DNA of 63,953 nucleotides, the filler included, from Bipalium vagum (Eukaryota): assembly GCA_037834085.1 (NCBI GenBank). It is 3 parts of 3 records of this genome, joined end to end, with 100 filler letters (N's around TTAATTAATTAA, not from the genome) between each part and the next. Parts side by side here need not be neighbours in the genome. Positions count along the whole stretch, not along the records: positions 20,136 to 46,906 come from JBBMKC010130755.1; 2 more parts are not named here. One strand, 5' to 3'. A program made the position numbers and the translations under genes. Shown here in pieces: positions 27,739-38,946 of this stretch (its first letter is position 1; each line of letters opens with the position of its first letter). The notes below the pieces were generated by a model. It was given only the letters and a program-made list of their open reading frames with translations, ran no database searches and was not told where the DNA came from.

Positions 27739-30441
27739 AAATTTATTTCTTTGCAAAATTATAGATACAAACATAATATAATTATACGTTTTCTTTTATA
27801 TATTTGTTTGTCTATTTCATATATTATTTCTATAATAGAGCAGTAACTACTGTAGTTAAAAAATATAAAATAAATTAAGTAGATACTGTATTGAAATACA
27901 TATAATAACCATAGTATCTTTCTGAGGTTACTTTTTTACTAAAAATATTTAAATATATAGTTTTATTTATTAGTTTAATATTGTAACATTATTATTAGAA
28001 AATTTTATAATTATCATAAGAAAAATATTATATTAAAAAGCAAAGCTAAGGATATATTTTTCTGAAACGTAATAAAACATTGATTTTTTAAATTAATATT
28101 AGCATTATTTATATTAATATATATCAAATTTAAGCTAACTTAATGAAAATAATCATTTTAACTACTGGAATTTTTAAAACTTTATATCAATTAAATCAAA
28201 ATTGGTAGTTGAATTAATTCAATATTTACAGAAAAAATCTATGGGTGGATTTATTTTCTTAATTTTAAATCCAAACATTTTTACTAAAAAATTTTAAAAA
28301 TGATATTTGGGAATATTCTGATGTTTGAAGAAATTTTATACTTTCGGTAAAATATGTACTTTGTGAAAATTATTTTTTTAATTTGTTTCGGAAGTTCTGC
28401 TTTTAAAAACAGAACTTACAGTTTGAAGGACTTTAACTATATCAAAATGTAACCATTGACTTGTTCAATTTTTATTTTATTTTTACATAGCTTTTGTAAC
28501 AGTTCCTTTAATTTTTTCTTTCTGATTTTTGTAAACTTATATTCTAAACTGTTTAAAATTGTCTTTTAATCATTTTCCAAAATAAGGGTCATAATAAAGT
28601 TCAGTTTTAATTACCACCTATGAAATTCTTTGTTTTAAATTTTAAACTTTCATTTCTTTTTTTATTTTTTTTCGTTCTCAACATTATTTTTTTGAGTTTA
28701 TTTTGATTTTTTGTACATTTATTGCAAAATCTCTATGTACTACACCACTTGCACCTAAACTAGCAAAATTTCCTTTAGGAATTGGAAATGGTAAAAGTCT
28801 ATGTTCTTTTTAAATCTTGAATTTCTTGTACTATTTTTAATCTGGTTTATAACTATTTTAGTTAAATAATATTTTTCACCGTTAAAATACGTTACTTTTG
28901 ATCTTTCTAGTTTCATTATAATTTTTTAATTTTTCCTTTGTTATTTTATTCATTTTTTAATATATAAAACATTGTATTATTTTAAAATTTATATACGTAT
29001 TTTGAAATAAAATTATTTTAGATTTATTGTTATATTTATTATTTTATATATTTTCAAAGTACCTTTATTAAAATTTTATATTTTGTAAAATTAATCTTTT
29101 AATTTATAATGCATTTATTTTAAAAAAATAATTTTAGTGGACTACTGTTTTTTTTGTAAATATATAACTTAATATAATATATAACTTAAAATATTTAATA
29201 AAAGTTAAAGTTAAATTAAAACAAAAATGATTGCCAATTTGGCAATAATAATTTACAATAAAAAACTGGATGAATATTCATTTCTTTAGGATTTTTATTA
29301 TTCTCTTTTGTACTGTGTAAAAATATATTCATGTACCTCCATGTCTTCCTTTATTAGATTCTTAAAACAAATGATTTTTTGATAAAAATTGCAAAAATTT
29401 TTTGTTTCATTTTTTAAAAATAAATATTCATATTTATATTAACAATTTTTTCATTCTTAGTTTATTGATTAATGTTTTTTCAGAATTTTTATTCATTCCG
29501 TTTTTAAAGAAAATTCTCATTTCTCCTATCATGACTTATTTTTTAGAACTATTTTTCACAAAATTCAGAAGACCAGTATTCTACCTTTTTTAAATTTTGA
29601 TTCTTTATAAAATATTATGACCAAAGCGAACGAAAAATAAAATTTTTTAAAAAACCAGATGTCTTCCTCCTAGTATTTATATCCTAATACTTTAGAATGA
29701 TTTATTTTTGATTTTATATTTGTCATATAATATTATTCTTAATAGACTATCTTGAATCCATCGTATTATACTAGTGTTTATTATTGACAATTATAAATTG
29801 AGTGCTACAATTAATAAAGATTAAAATGTAGTTAACGGACACAACCGAATTAGATTTGAAGTCAGATATTTAGCGAGCTTGGTTAATAAAAATATTTATA
29901 ATGATTCTGTTCAAACCTTAAGATTAATTAATTATTTTTCAGATCACCTGGAAATTATAAATCCCAAAATTTGTTAATGTTTTTATTTATTATTTTTAGG
30001 CAACTTTACGTCGTAGAGTCTGCGTACTTATGATAATATATGTAGAAAATGTTTGTCTCTAAAATAATTCAAGTGAGATGAATTTGGGTGGTTGCAGAAT
30101 TTAACTGATATCATGACCATTAAAATCCTATTGTGGTGAAAATCTTTAAATGTAAAAAATTTCAAAAAGGATCAAATTGCAACCAATATATAAACACTAA
30201 AGATAACAGAATCCATCCTGATTTCATACCTAATCTTAAGATAACCCTTAAATGCAAATTCGAAAACATAAGAATATGAAAAATTTATAAATAACAAAAT
30301 TCTTTTACCATTTAAACTAAAGTTCTGCTGAAAATAACAGAAAATAAATTTGACAAGTAAAGAGGATAATCAAAGAATAAAGAAAGTTTAAAATTCAAGT
30401 GACACTCAAATATCCTGATTCGATGCATTTTTATTTTAGTA

Positions 30442-33400
30442 CTATTCGGTTTTATGTGATTTCAAGTCTAAAACAGTCATTTCTTTTTCATTGAGACCTA
30501 TTTCTTGATAGTCTTCCTCTAAAACCTTCATATTAAAGCGTGATTCTCCGAACTCAAACTCTTCCATTCCTTCTTGTATGAACCAGTGAATGAATGCTCT
30601 CTTGTGAAAAAGTAAATCAAATTTCCTGCCCAGTCTCACCCATACGTCCCTTATTGCAGTAGTATTACAAATCATTGTTACACCTTTATTTGAAAAAGCA
30701 ACTTCCGAATCGGGGACAATTATAGGACATTGTGGATTTATATTTATCTTATAACCAGTAGGACACCATTCTACAAAATTCGATGTCTTAGCTTTTTGCT
30801 TGTTTACTGCTTCGGCTACTTCTCTTGTACTAAGAGATCCTCTGTAATTAAGAATTATTGCCATGTACCTTCCACGAAGGGTATCACATTTAACGGACTG
30901 GTGAGTTTTAGAAAATACCATTTTTGTTATTTGATCAGCAGTATAATTAGAATATATTGTGCGAGATTTATGGTCTAATGGAGCATGACTGACCATTGGA
31001 AAATGAATTCTTGGATAAGGTATTAAATTTGTTCTGATTTCTTTAAGGGATGTACTTGCAGTGGCCTCGTAACGCAAGGAGCATGTTATTGAGCTTATCA
31101 TTAGAGCCAAAAGTCTATTGAGATCATTATATTGTGGGGAATGGATCAAAAGTAACTTTGAGCAAATATCGTATAATGCTTCGTTATCAAATAAAACAGC
31201 TAAATCACCAGTGTCTACAGAAGTATGAACATGAAATATTGTGTTATATGGTTCAACTATAGCAGTATTCATCACTGGACCGGAAAATAAAGGTATTTGA
31301 ATTCTAGTTACTTTTAAAAAATCCAAAGCAAGTTGCTGCAATAAAAGAGATCCAATACCTGATCCAGATCCACCCCCTGCACTGTTCAGAATTAGGAAAC
31401 TTTCTAAGTTATTTGTCTGTTCTAAAATTTTTCTTATTTGAGCTTTTATTTTTTTCAACAGAGAAACTCCAGAATAAAAGCTACCCCTTGCAAAATTATT
31501 AGCAGCATCTTCTTGCCCACTTATTAGTTGATCTGGATGAAATAGATTTTTGTAAACTCCACTACGAATTTCTTCTATAAAAGACACTTTTAACTTGATT
31601 ATTATGGTTTTAAATGATTATCACCTATGACTGTGGGTTCAGAATCTAAAAATATAACTCGAGGACAATACTTTCCATCTTTAACTTCTTGGAAAAATGT
31701 TTTCATCAAAATGTCATCTTCCTTTAAAAAATTTTCCCCGTCTGGACCAATTCCATGTTCAACACAAAATAGTTCCCATATTGCATTTCCAATTTGAATA
31801 CCGCATTGACCAATATGGATAACAAATATTTCTGTAGACTTAATGACAGTAAAATTAGGTTTATTAAATATAAATAAATAAATAAATATTTGATTAGTAA
31901 ATAAAATTTGTAATATATAAGATTAATATATAAAAACTAAAATAAGAGACTCGTGACGGTTAAGGGCCTGTTAGCTTTAAAGAATGAGGAAGTGAGATAA
32001 ATTAAAATTAGTCTGGGGATGTATCTCAGCGGTCAGAGCAGTCCATTCGCAATTTCTTCAAAATTGTGGGTGGAGGAAGACTCGATCTGCAATCAAACAA
32101 ATGCAGTCCAGACACAAGATCACTGTCAAATTCGAGCGCAATGAAAAGGGAATATGTCTAAAATTCTTTCAACATTTGGACCCAAGTTATGAAAATGAAG
32201 CAATTGTGAAGCCAATTGATGCAAAAGTTGTTTCGAAAAAGCTTTGAAATCACAGTTGGAACAACCAAGCAAGTGCAGGTCGCTTTGCAACGGCAATTGG
32301 CCAATCAAAATAATCAACTACTCCAATTTTCAACGGTGCAATATCAATTGCAGCTTGGTATATCATTCATCGAGCTAAGTCATATTCAATTCAGATCAAT
32401 GCTCGCCATGGCTTAAAATTCCGTAGATGCCGAAGATCCAATGAGCAAGAAGAGACATTGCCTCATGTTCTTGTTGATTGCATTCCATCAAAATATTTCA
32501 AAACTCCCGGCATAATTCTATCCAAGACTATCTGGCCAAACAAATTAAAGAGAATTCAAAGGCCAAATAAAGTCAACTTTTCAACTAATATATATATGAC
32601 CAGATCTGTTTTTGCTGAATATCAATTATAAAATAATAATTTATTTAATTATTTGTGTAACTAATTATTTATTTTTATGGCATTAACTGGAAATCTCCTA
32701 AGAATATAAAACTAATTAAAATTAATGTTACGATAGATGTCGCTTAATTATATAATTTCCATTTGATTCCACAGTCGTTGACCATCACTCCGTCAAACTT
32801 TTAAAATATTGAAAAGTTTTAAATGTTTTTCACCAAAGAACTGTTCTAGTTCCGATTTCATTTGATTCATATCCAAGAATTTTTTCGTGGATAATAACCT
32901 AGATAAATAATAATCAGGTAGGTCACAGTCGTGAGAATACGGAAGATGTTCAAGAATTTCTTTTCATTTTTAAAAAATTTTTTATTACCTTTTTGTCAGT
33001 GAAATGTCACCCACTCTCTGTTTATTAATGTTGGTCTACCTACTTTAACAACAACTGTCAAACGACTTGATTGTTCGTAGTTCATATATGCATTAATAGT
33101 CTTATCAATCTTTAACATTTTCAAATTAGTTATTCCAATTTAGTTCCACCAAATACATAATAATTCCTTCTTTGCTTATAAACTTGGATTGAGATTATGT
33201 TTTAGTAAAACTGGTGATAATTTAATGATATTAAAGTTTTATTAATACTTATTTAATAATTTATTAGTTTAGTTTCAAATTTTTAATCTTTTATGTTATC
33301 AAAAGTTCTACAGGTAAAATAAATTATTAATTTCTCAACATCTGTATTTCATTCGGAGTTCTCCATTAAAAAATTATAATTATATATTTGTTAATTATTA

Positions 33401-36400
33401 TTTTATTTATTCTTGGTTATACTGCAATATTCTAGTCTCATATTGAAATAATCATACACTGATCAGAGAATATTTTGTTTCTCTTACTTCTAATAGGTAG
33501 TAGACTTGATATTATGAACAGCTCTACTAGATATCTTACTTCGTCCACCCACCCGACTCCCCAACCGTTCATCTATTTTAGATAAAGTTGGCCTGATTCA
33601 TGGCCTGACATTTCATTTTCTTCTGCAAGTTATTTTCCTATTTATTTGAGGTTCTTTGTGATTCTTACAAAATCTTACGTCTGATCAGTTTCTCTGAAAC
33701 TTTCTTTGGTATCTTTTAAATTATCTTTTTTTGTATCCTTGGTTGAGTTTTTCGTGTTGATTTATTATAACTAAAGCACTAAATTTTATCCATATGACAA
33801 TGCCATTTCCAATCAGTAACAGAATTTGTTCAAAAATAAGAGTATTTTCAAAGTTTTTTTTTGACCGGTCTCAATTTTTCATGTTGATAATAAAGAAATG
33901 AATATTAAATTCATAAACAGCATATTGATGGGTGTTCTATCCAATGCAATTATTGTTTTATAGGAATAACAGTCTGTTATTCCTATCATATAATTTATAA
34001 TAATATTAATGATTTTAGATAAATGCGATGATTGTGGAGCGATATTCAAGGAATGCACATCAAAAAGAAACACGCTGCTACACGAAAAATTGCATAAATT
34101 ACAATAGATATTTTTCTATTAGAAGAAAATTCTTTTCTTGAGAAATTCAAAATACATCTAAATAAATGTCTCCATTTATTACATCTATGGGTCCTGTGTA
34201 AATCAAAAAACTGAGTTACTAAAGACACGAGCGTTTCAAAATCATTCATTATTAATTTCTGAAAAGAAATGAGGAAAAATGTGAGATTTTTTTCTTGAAA
34301 AATCCAATAAAAATGGGCGGACCCATCTTCGTTCTCCAAGGATGTGTTCCTGATTATGAGTTATCGATTTTTGGTAAGGTTGATGACTCCAAGAATGCAA
34401 ACATATTTTTGAAGTTATTAATGAGTGATGAAGTTATAATGAGTTATAATGAAGTTATAATGATTGAAGTTATAATGAGTGATGAATGGAGAGCCTATTC
34501 TCAACTGTCTAAAGATGAAAATTATGTTCATCAAACTGTCAACCACAAGACGAATTTTGTTGACAGGAAGACTTGTGCTGACACACAAATAATTGAATCG
34601 ATTTGTGGGAAACTGTAAACAAAGATCGTGTCAATGAAAGGCGTCTATGATGAGCTCTTAGAATTATATCTAAATGAATCAACGTAGCGCAAAAATATTC
34701 AATGAAGAAACTGCGAATAAATTTTTTATTTAATAAATTTATAAATAGAAAATTATTTGTTTGTCATTTTTTTGTGATTCGTTTCAAGTATCTTTTTCGA
34801 CTGAGTCCGTCAAAAAAACATGATCAGTTTTTTTAAAACATAAGAAGGAAAAGGTGACTTTTTGTGAATAAATCGTTCTTGAATACCAAATTTTTATTCG
34901 TTTAAATAAGCACATTAAAACAAATCTATTAGGCAATATTATTTCTGATTTCCCAAAATTGGAATTTGAAAAAACAACCTTATTATTGATTCATTACTTA
35001 AATTTTTCGATCATCTTTTTGAAAATTTTTTTTGAAAATTTGATAAATTTAATTTCACTCATTTAAAATTAAGAGAAAAAAATCGACATCATCTGCTATA
35101 TCAATTTAATTCTTGAATATTTACAATCAAACGATGAATCTATGAAATCTGTAAGCTTGAGATTATGAACAGCACATGTAAAAGGCTGTTGCGCAATAAA
35201 CAACTCAAGCTATAAAAATGTTTTTTCAGATTTTTAGTGAGCTTGGTTGATATAAATATTAACAATTTTATTTTATATTTGTTCACAAGTAGATAAGAAA
35301 ACCAGTTTACGAGATCAATATTATTTTTAAAAATAATTTTGAGCGACTGTTGGAACCGGACCAAAATCCTTGAAAAATGAATTTAAAAATTCCACATACG
35401 CAATAACAACAGTAAGTATATCAACCCAAAAACTGCAAATACTATTCAATCTGAATAAAAATTTCTTTGTCACCCAATAAACTACTTTTCAATTTTCTTG
35501 AACTACCTACAAACTTTTTAACAAAATTGTTTGGTTTGCCAAAGGCACAAACCGTGATGATTGTAATATTAATATTAATATTAATTTAAAAAAATAAAAT
35601 TCTTATTTTATAAAAAAATTAATTAAACCTTTTAAATTGAAGATTAAAATAATTCTAAAAAGCAATTATTAATTCTAAATTATTGTTGCAAGATACATCC
35701 CAACGTGAGGACTGATTTTGATTAATTTTATCAAACTCTCTCGGTGTAGAGATAGAAGGAAATAGCCGTCTCGAGCGTAGAGATTGGTGATCGAAGACTA
35801 ATCTCTACGACTATGTGAAGAGAAGGCTATTCCAAGAAATGGGCCCAGAAAAGAGATTCGATTATTTAATCTTTTTGGATTTTTGGACTGAAGAGTTATA
35901 AGATTTGAGAACCATTGGAAACCGAAAGATTTCTGCGACTGACGAATTCAAAGGATCAGTGTTAGGTGAAAATTAATTGGAGATACCAGGATTCGAACCC
36001 AGGACCTTCACATGCGCATGCACTGCTCTGACCGCTGAGCTAAATCCCCCGACTAATTTTCAATTTATCTCACAATCAGGACTTTGTAAAAGGATTTTAC
36101 AAGGGGACCCAGCGAATTTTGGAATCCATGGATGATCTGAAAAGCCCATAGTGAACGACCCGGGTACCTCTTGTCACTCTTGGTGAGGCTATTTATCTAT
36201 TGCTTTTGTGATAATTAATTTAAAGTTATAATATTTTTCTTTAATTGTAAATTTTCTTTGGTAATTATTTCGATTGGCGATAATTAATATTTTAATTTTG
36301 AACTTTTATTCGATTACATATTTTATTTTTATTCATTTTTTGACATTTTGAGGATAGTTGAACACTTTGACGTTGTGCTTATTATATATTTGACTAATAC

Positions 36401-38030
36401 TAATTCTGTGGGTGATTGGGATTTTTGAGTGTCAATAAAATTTATTGTGATTGTCTTTGATTTAATTAGAGTGCGAATAAAGTATTATTGTGAGGTTTTT
36501 GATTCAAGTTGAGTTTAACTTTGTGCATCTACAATAGGAAAACGAGCACAACATTGTTAAATGATGAGTTATTGATTAAGAGCGAGTTACTTTGATATGG
36601 TATAATAGTAACAAAATATTCTCTATTTGAAGACAGATTTTGAAGAAACTGATTTTAGCATATCCCATAACTTTTTAAAGATAACTTAAGGGCTTCTTTA
36701 GTCAGATTTTTATTTTTCAAAAGTTTATTAATCATGATTTATATTTTGATTCACTTTAAATATTGTTTTCATTCATGATATTAATTCATTATTAATAAAA
36801 TTTATTATAATTATAATTATTGGGCTTTCATCAGATAATAATCATAATATTGTTAAAAAATAATTACAAATTTAATAATAATTAATCAGTAATAATAATA
36901 ACATAAAATATTTTTTTCAATTAAGTTCTCTTCTTCTTGGTGGGATTATTTTCCTCAAGCAGAAGATTATTTTTGCCCTAATGGGTTTTCGGGAATGGCA
37001 AAATTTTCAGGTATGTTACCGGTTTATCCTACGTGAGAAATCTCTAGAACTACGTATTAGATGTTGCAATAGAGAGATTCTATTAGTCGGTTACAGCCCG
37101 ACAAAGAGCTCGTAAAGCTGGAAAAACAGAGAGAGAAGTTTAAAATCATTTTAGTTGAAAACTGCATTGACTTATTCAAAAGCTGAACATTATCTGGTTT
37201 TTCAAAAATTACAAGGTATGAGGTTCGATGTTTTATACAGATTTCTTATACTGATCGGACTCCGAGACCAAATGACAAAAAGTGGAACTATTAGTTGGTC
37301 AAAAAACTGAGTCTCATTTTCAAATTATTGAGTAGTACAGCCTTCTTATTTGTTTTTTTTGTTATTTTAACATTTTAATTATTGTGATGTTATTCTATTT
37401 AATGAAATTTTATTGAATTATTCAAAATTAACTGTGATAGATTTTCTTAGTAATTTCCGTTGTATTTATTATCTTTTCTTATTTTATTGTGATTAATTGA
37501 TTAAGTAGTGTGGCATAGTTAAAGCGGCATTGAATTCCTCAAACACTTCCAAAACTTAAAAACTAATAAATTGTAAAATTATACATAGCATAAAAAATTA
37601 ATGCTTTTAAAACTTTAATTTTTATATATTTTCTAATTTAAAACCAATCTGTAAATTTAGACTCAGATGTCTTCACTTCACTTCAATTAACAATAAAAAC
37701 GCTAGAAAATTATCATCAAATTCTTGCTATATACAAAGACAGCTTGAAAGAAGTTACCATAACATAAGAATGTGTACTGAAATCATTAGACGGATAATAT
37801 TTAATAAAACATAATTTGTAAATTAGTTTAATGAAAATATAGATAAATTACAATACAAATGAGCTTAATTATTTTTACATGATTGCAAAATATACATTTT
37901 AATTAACTTATACGATCAAATAATTTGTTCTGGTTTTTATATACATAAATTAAAGCTAAATAATTATAAAAATAAAAGAAAATTTATAAAAATAAAACAT
38001 AAAATTAATAACAAAATGTAAGCTTACCAT
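30442..38030 (-). CDS. Divergent alpha-tubulin. Exons 31838-31625 and 31574-30442; ATG-only first exon probably at 38030-38028 (alternative at 37760)
   Basis: IHIGQCGIQIGNAIWELFCVEHGI, FHPDQLISGQEDAANNFARG, VEPYN, TNLIPYPRIHFP, FVEWCPTG, KRAFIHW..EGMEE. 50-nt intron at 31575-31624. No in-frame ATG next to acceptor ttaag|TCT; ATG|gtaagc at 38030 is inferred. Confidence 0.85.
32015..32051 (+). pseudogene. 5' half (nt 1-37) of a tRNA-Ala(CGC)-derived sequence
   Basis: GGGGATGTATCTCAGCGGTCAGAGCAGTCCATTCGCA; shares its upstream flank gtgagataaatt.aaattagtc with the 35978-36049 copy. Confidence 0.8.
32052..32580 (+). mobile_element. Second NeSL-like RLE retrotransposon fragment (RT C-terminal region to zinc knuckle)
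   Basis: WRKTRSAIKQMQSRHKITVKFE..KGICL aligns to WCIQIRSAIKFLSTRHQNTCSFE..EEICL of the 23-26 kb element; CRRSNEQEETLPHVLVDC followed by RHNSIQ. Confidence 0.8.
32740..33200 (-). mobile_element. mariner 3' fragment
   Basis: LCIWWN.IGI, EILEHLPYSHDCDLPDYYL. Confidence 0.75.
33848..34825 (+). mobile_element. Merlin transposon, decayed, both ends present
   Basis: NPIKMGGP, IMSDEWRAYSQL..YVHQTVNH..NFVD..T..TQ.IES; TIR-like tttttttgacc / gtcaaaaaaacatgatc; internal slippage repeat of gaagttataatga at 34410-34485. Confidence 0.88.
35562..36591 (+). mobile_element. Full-length solo LTR, family 1 (about 1030 bp)
   Basis: TGTAAT...GAGTTAC(t) flanked by ATGAT/TTGAT (5-bp TSD, 1 mismatch); homologous to three other loci in the window. 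Confidence 0.8.
35978..36049 (-). pseudogene. tRNA-Ala(CGC)-derived Pol III cassette (pseudo-tRNA) inside the LTR
   Basis: GGGGATTTAGCTCAGCGGTCAGAGC...CGCATGTGAAGGTCCTGGGTTCGAATCCTGGTATCTCCA. G3:U70 Ala identity pair, A and B boxes and a downstream TTTT are present; the anticodon stem does not pair. Confidence 0.85.
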
Positions 38031-38946
38031 AATTGAAAATTAATTGATATTAAAATCAATAAAATTTTAATTAGACATCTTTATTAATAAATAATATATA
38101 CAAACATTTAAACTGACATACACAATTATCTAGAGAAAATAAAGAGCAGCAGGGATAAAATTAAATTATTGAAAGCAATAATAAAATTTTCCAACAATAT
38201 TGAAATTTTACAAATATTAATAATAATAAAAAATACAAATATCAATAAATTATTATGATCACACTGAGAAGACTTGAAACAATGAGCTCAGCTTTACAAG
38301 CCATTGTGTTAGATAAGATAGTTCAGAAATGCAACACATGTAATTGAGAAAAGGCCACGGAATAACAATAAATATGAAAACATGCTAACATAAACACAGC
38401 CTGTACATGCATTTACAATAATAACCTTGAGACCAGGAACAATGTCCCACTGAACCAGTCCCAATAAATGGGCGCGACCCCCTTTCTTTAAGGTAAATAA
38501 ATTAATAAATACACAACCATCACTGATGGAAATATGTGTCAGATTGACAAGCGACACTAAGTAAAGTAAACAAATAAATATTGCTAAACAAACAAACAAA
38601 CACACACATTCGCACAAAAACACAACCGTTTAAAAACTGGAATCATTTATTGGAAAATGATTTTACTTTATATTCATATATTACTATTATAAATCAATAA
38701 CGACAAATAATCAATTTTCCCATAGACAAAACACAATAAATCTTTTATTTATTTCAAGATTTACTTTAATTCAACACAGAAAAAAATTCGATGAATTGAA
38801 ACAAAATTTGATAAGCGATATTTTGCAATGATATTGTGCGACGTTTTAGAGGCTGCCTGTTGAGAAATGCTATCTGCAAAACACATGACCGATAAAAGCG
38901 GAGATTTCAACCAATCATCATTCATTACCACATTAATACAATTTTC

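Noticed and set aside
28200-29400. Polinton/Maverick-like relics (RLLPFPIPKG, GRHGGT), and similar hints in the 3-kb menin intron
   Set aside because: Too short and degenerate to support by eye; needs TBLASTX or an HMM search.
27700-35561. Composite transposon carrying alpha-tubulin between inverted repeats
   Set aside because: The right copy probably lies inside tubulin intron 1, the copies are diverged and no outer TSD is seen.
35978-36049. Functional tRNA-Ala gene
   Set aside because: The anticodon stem is unpaired, U33 is lost and there is a 7:66 mismatch.
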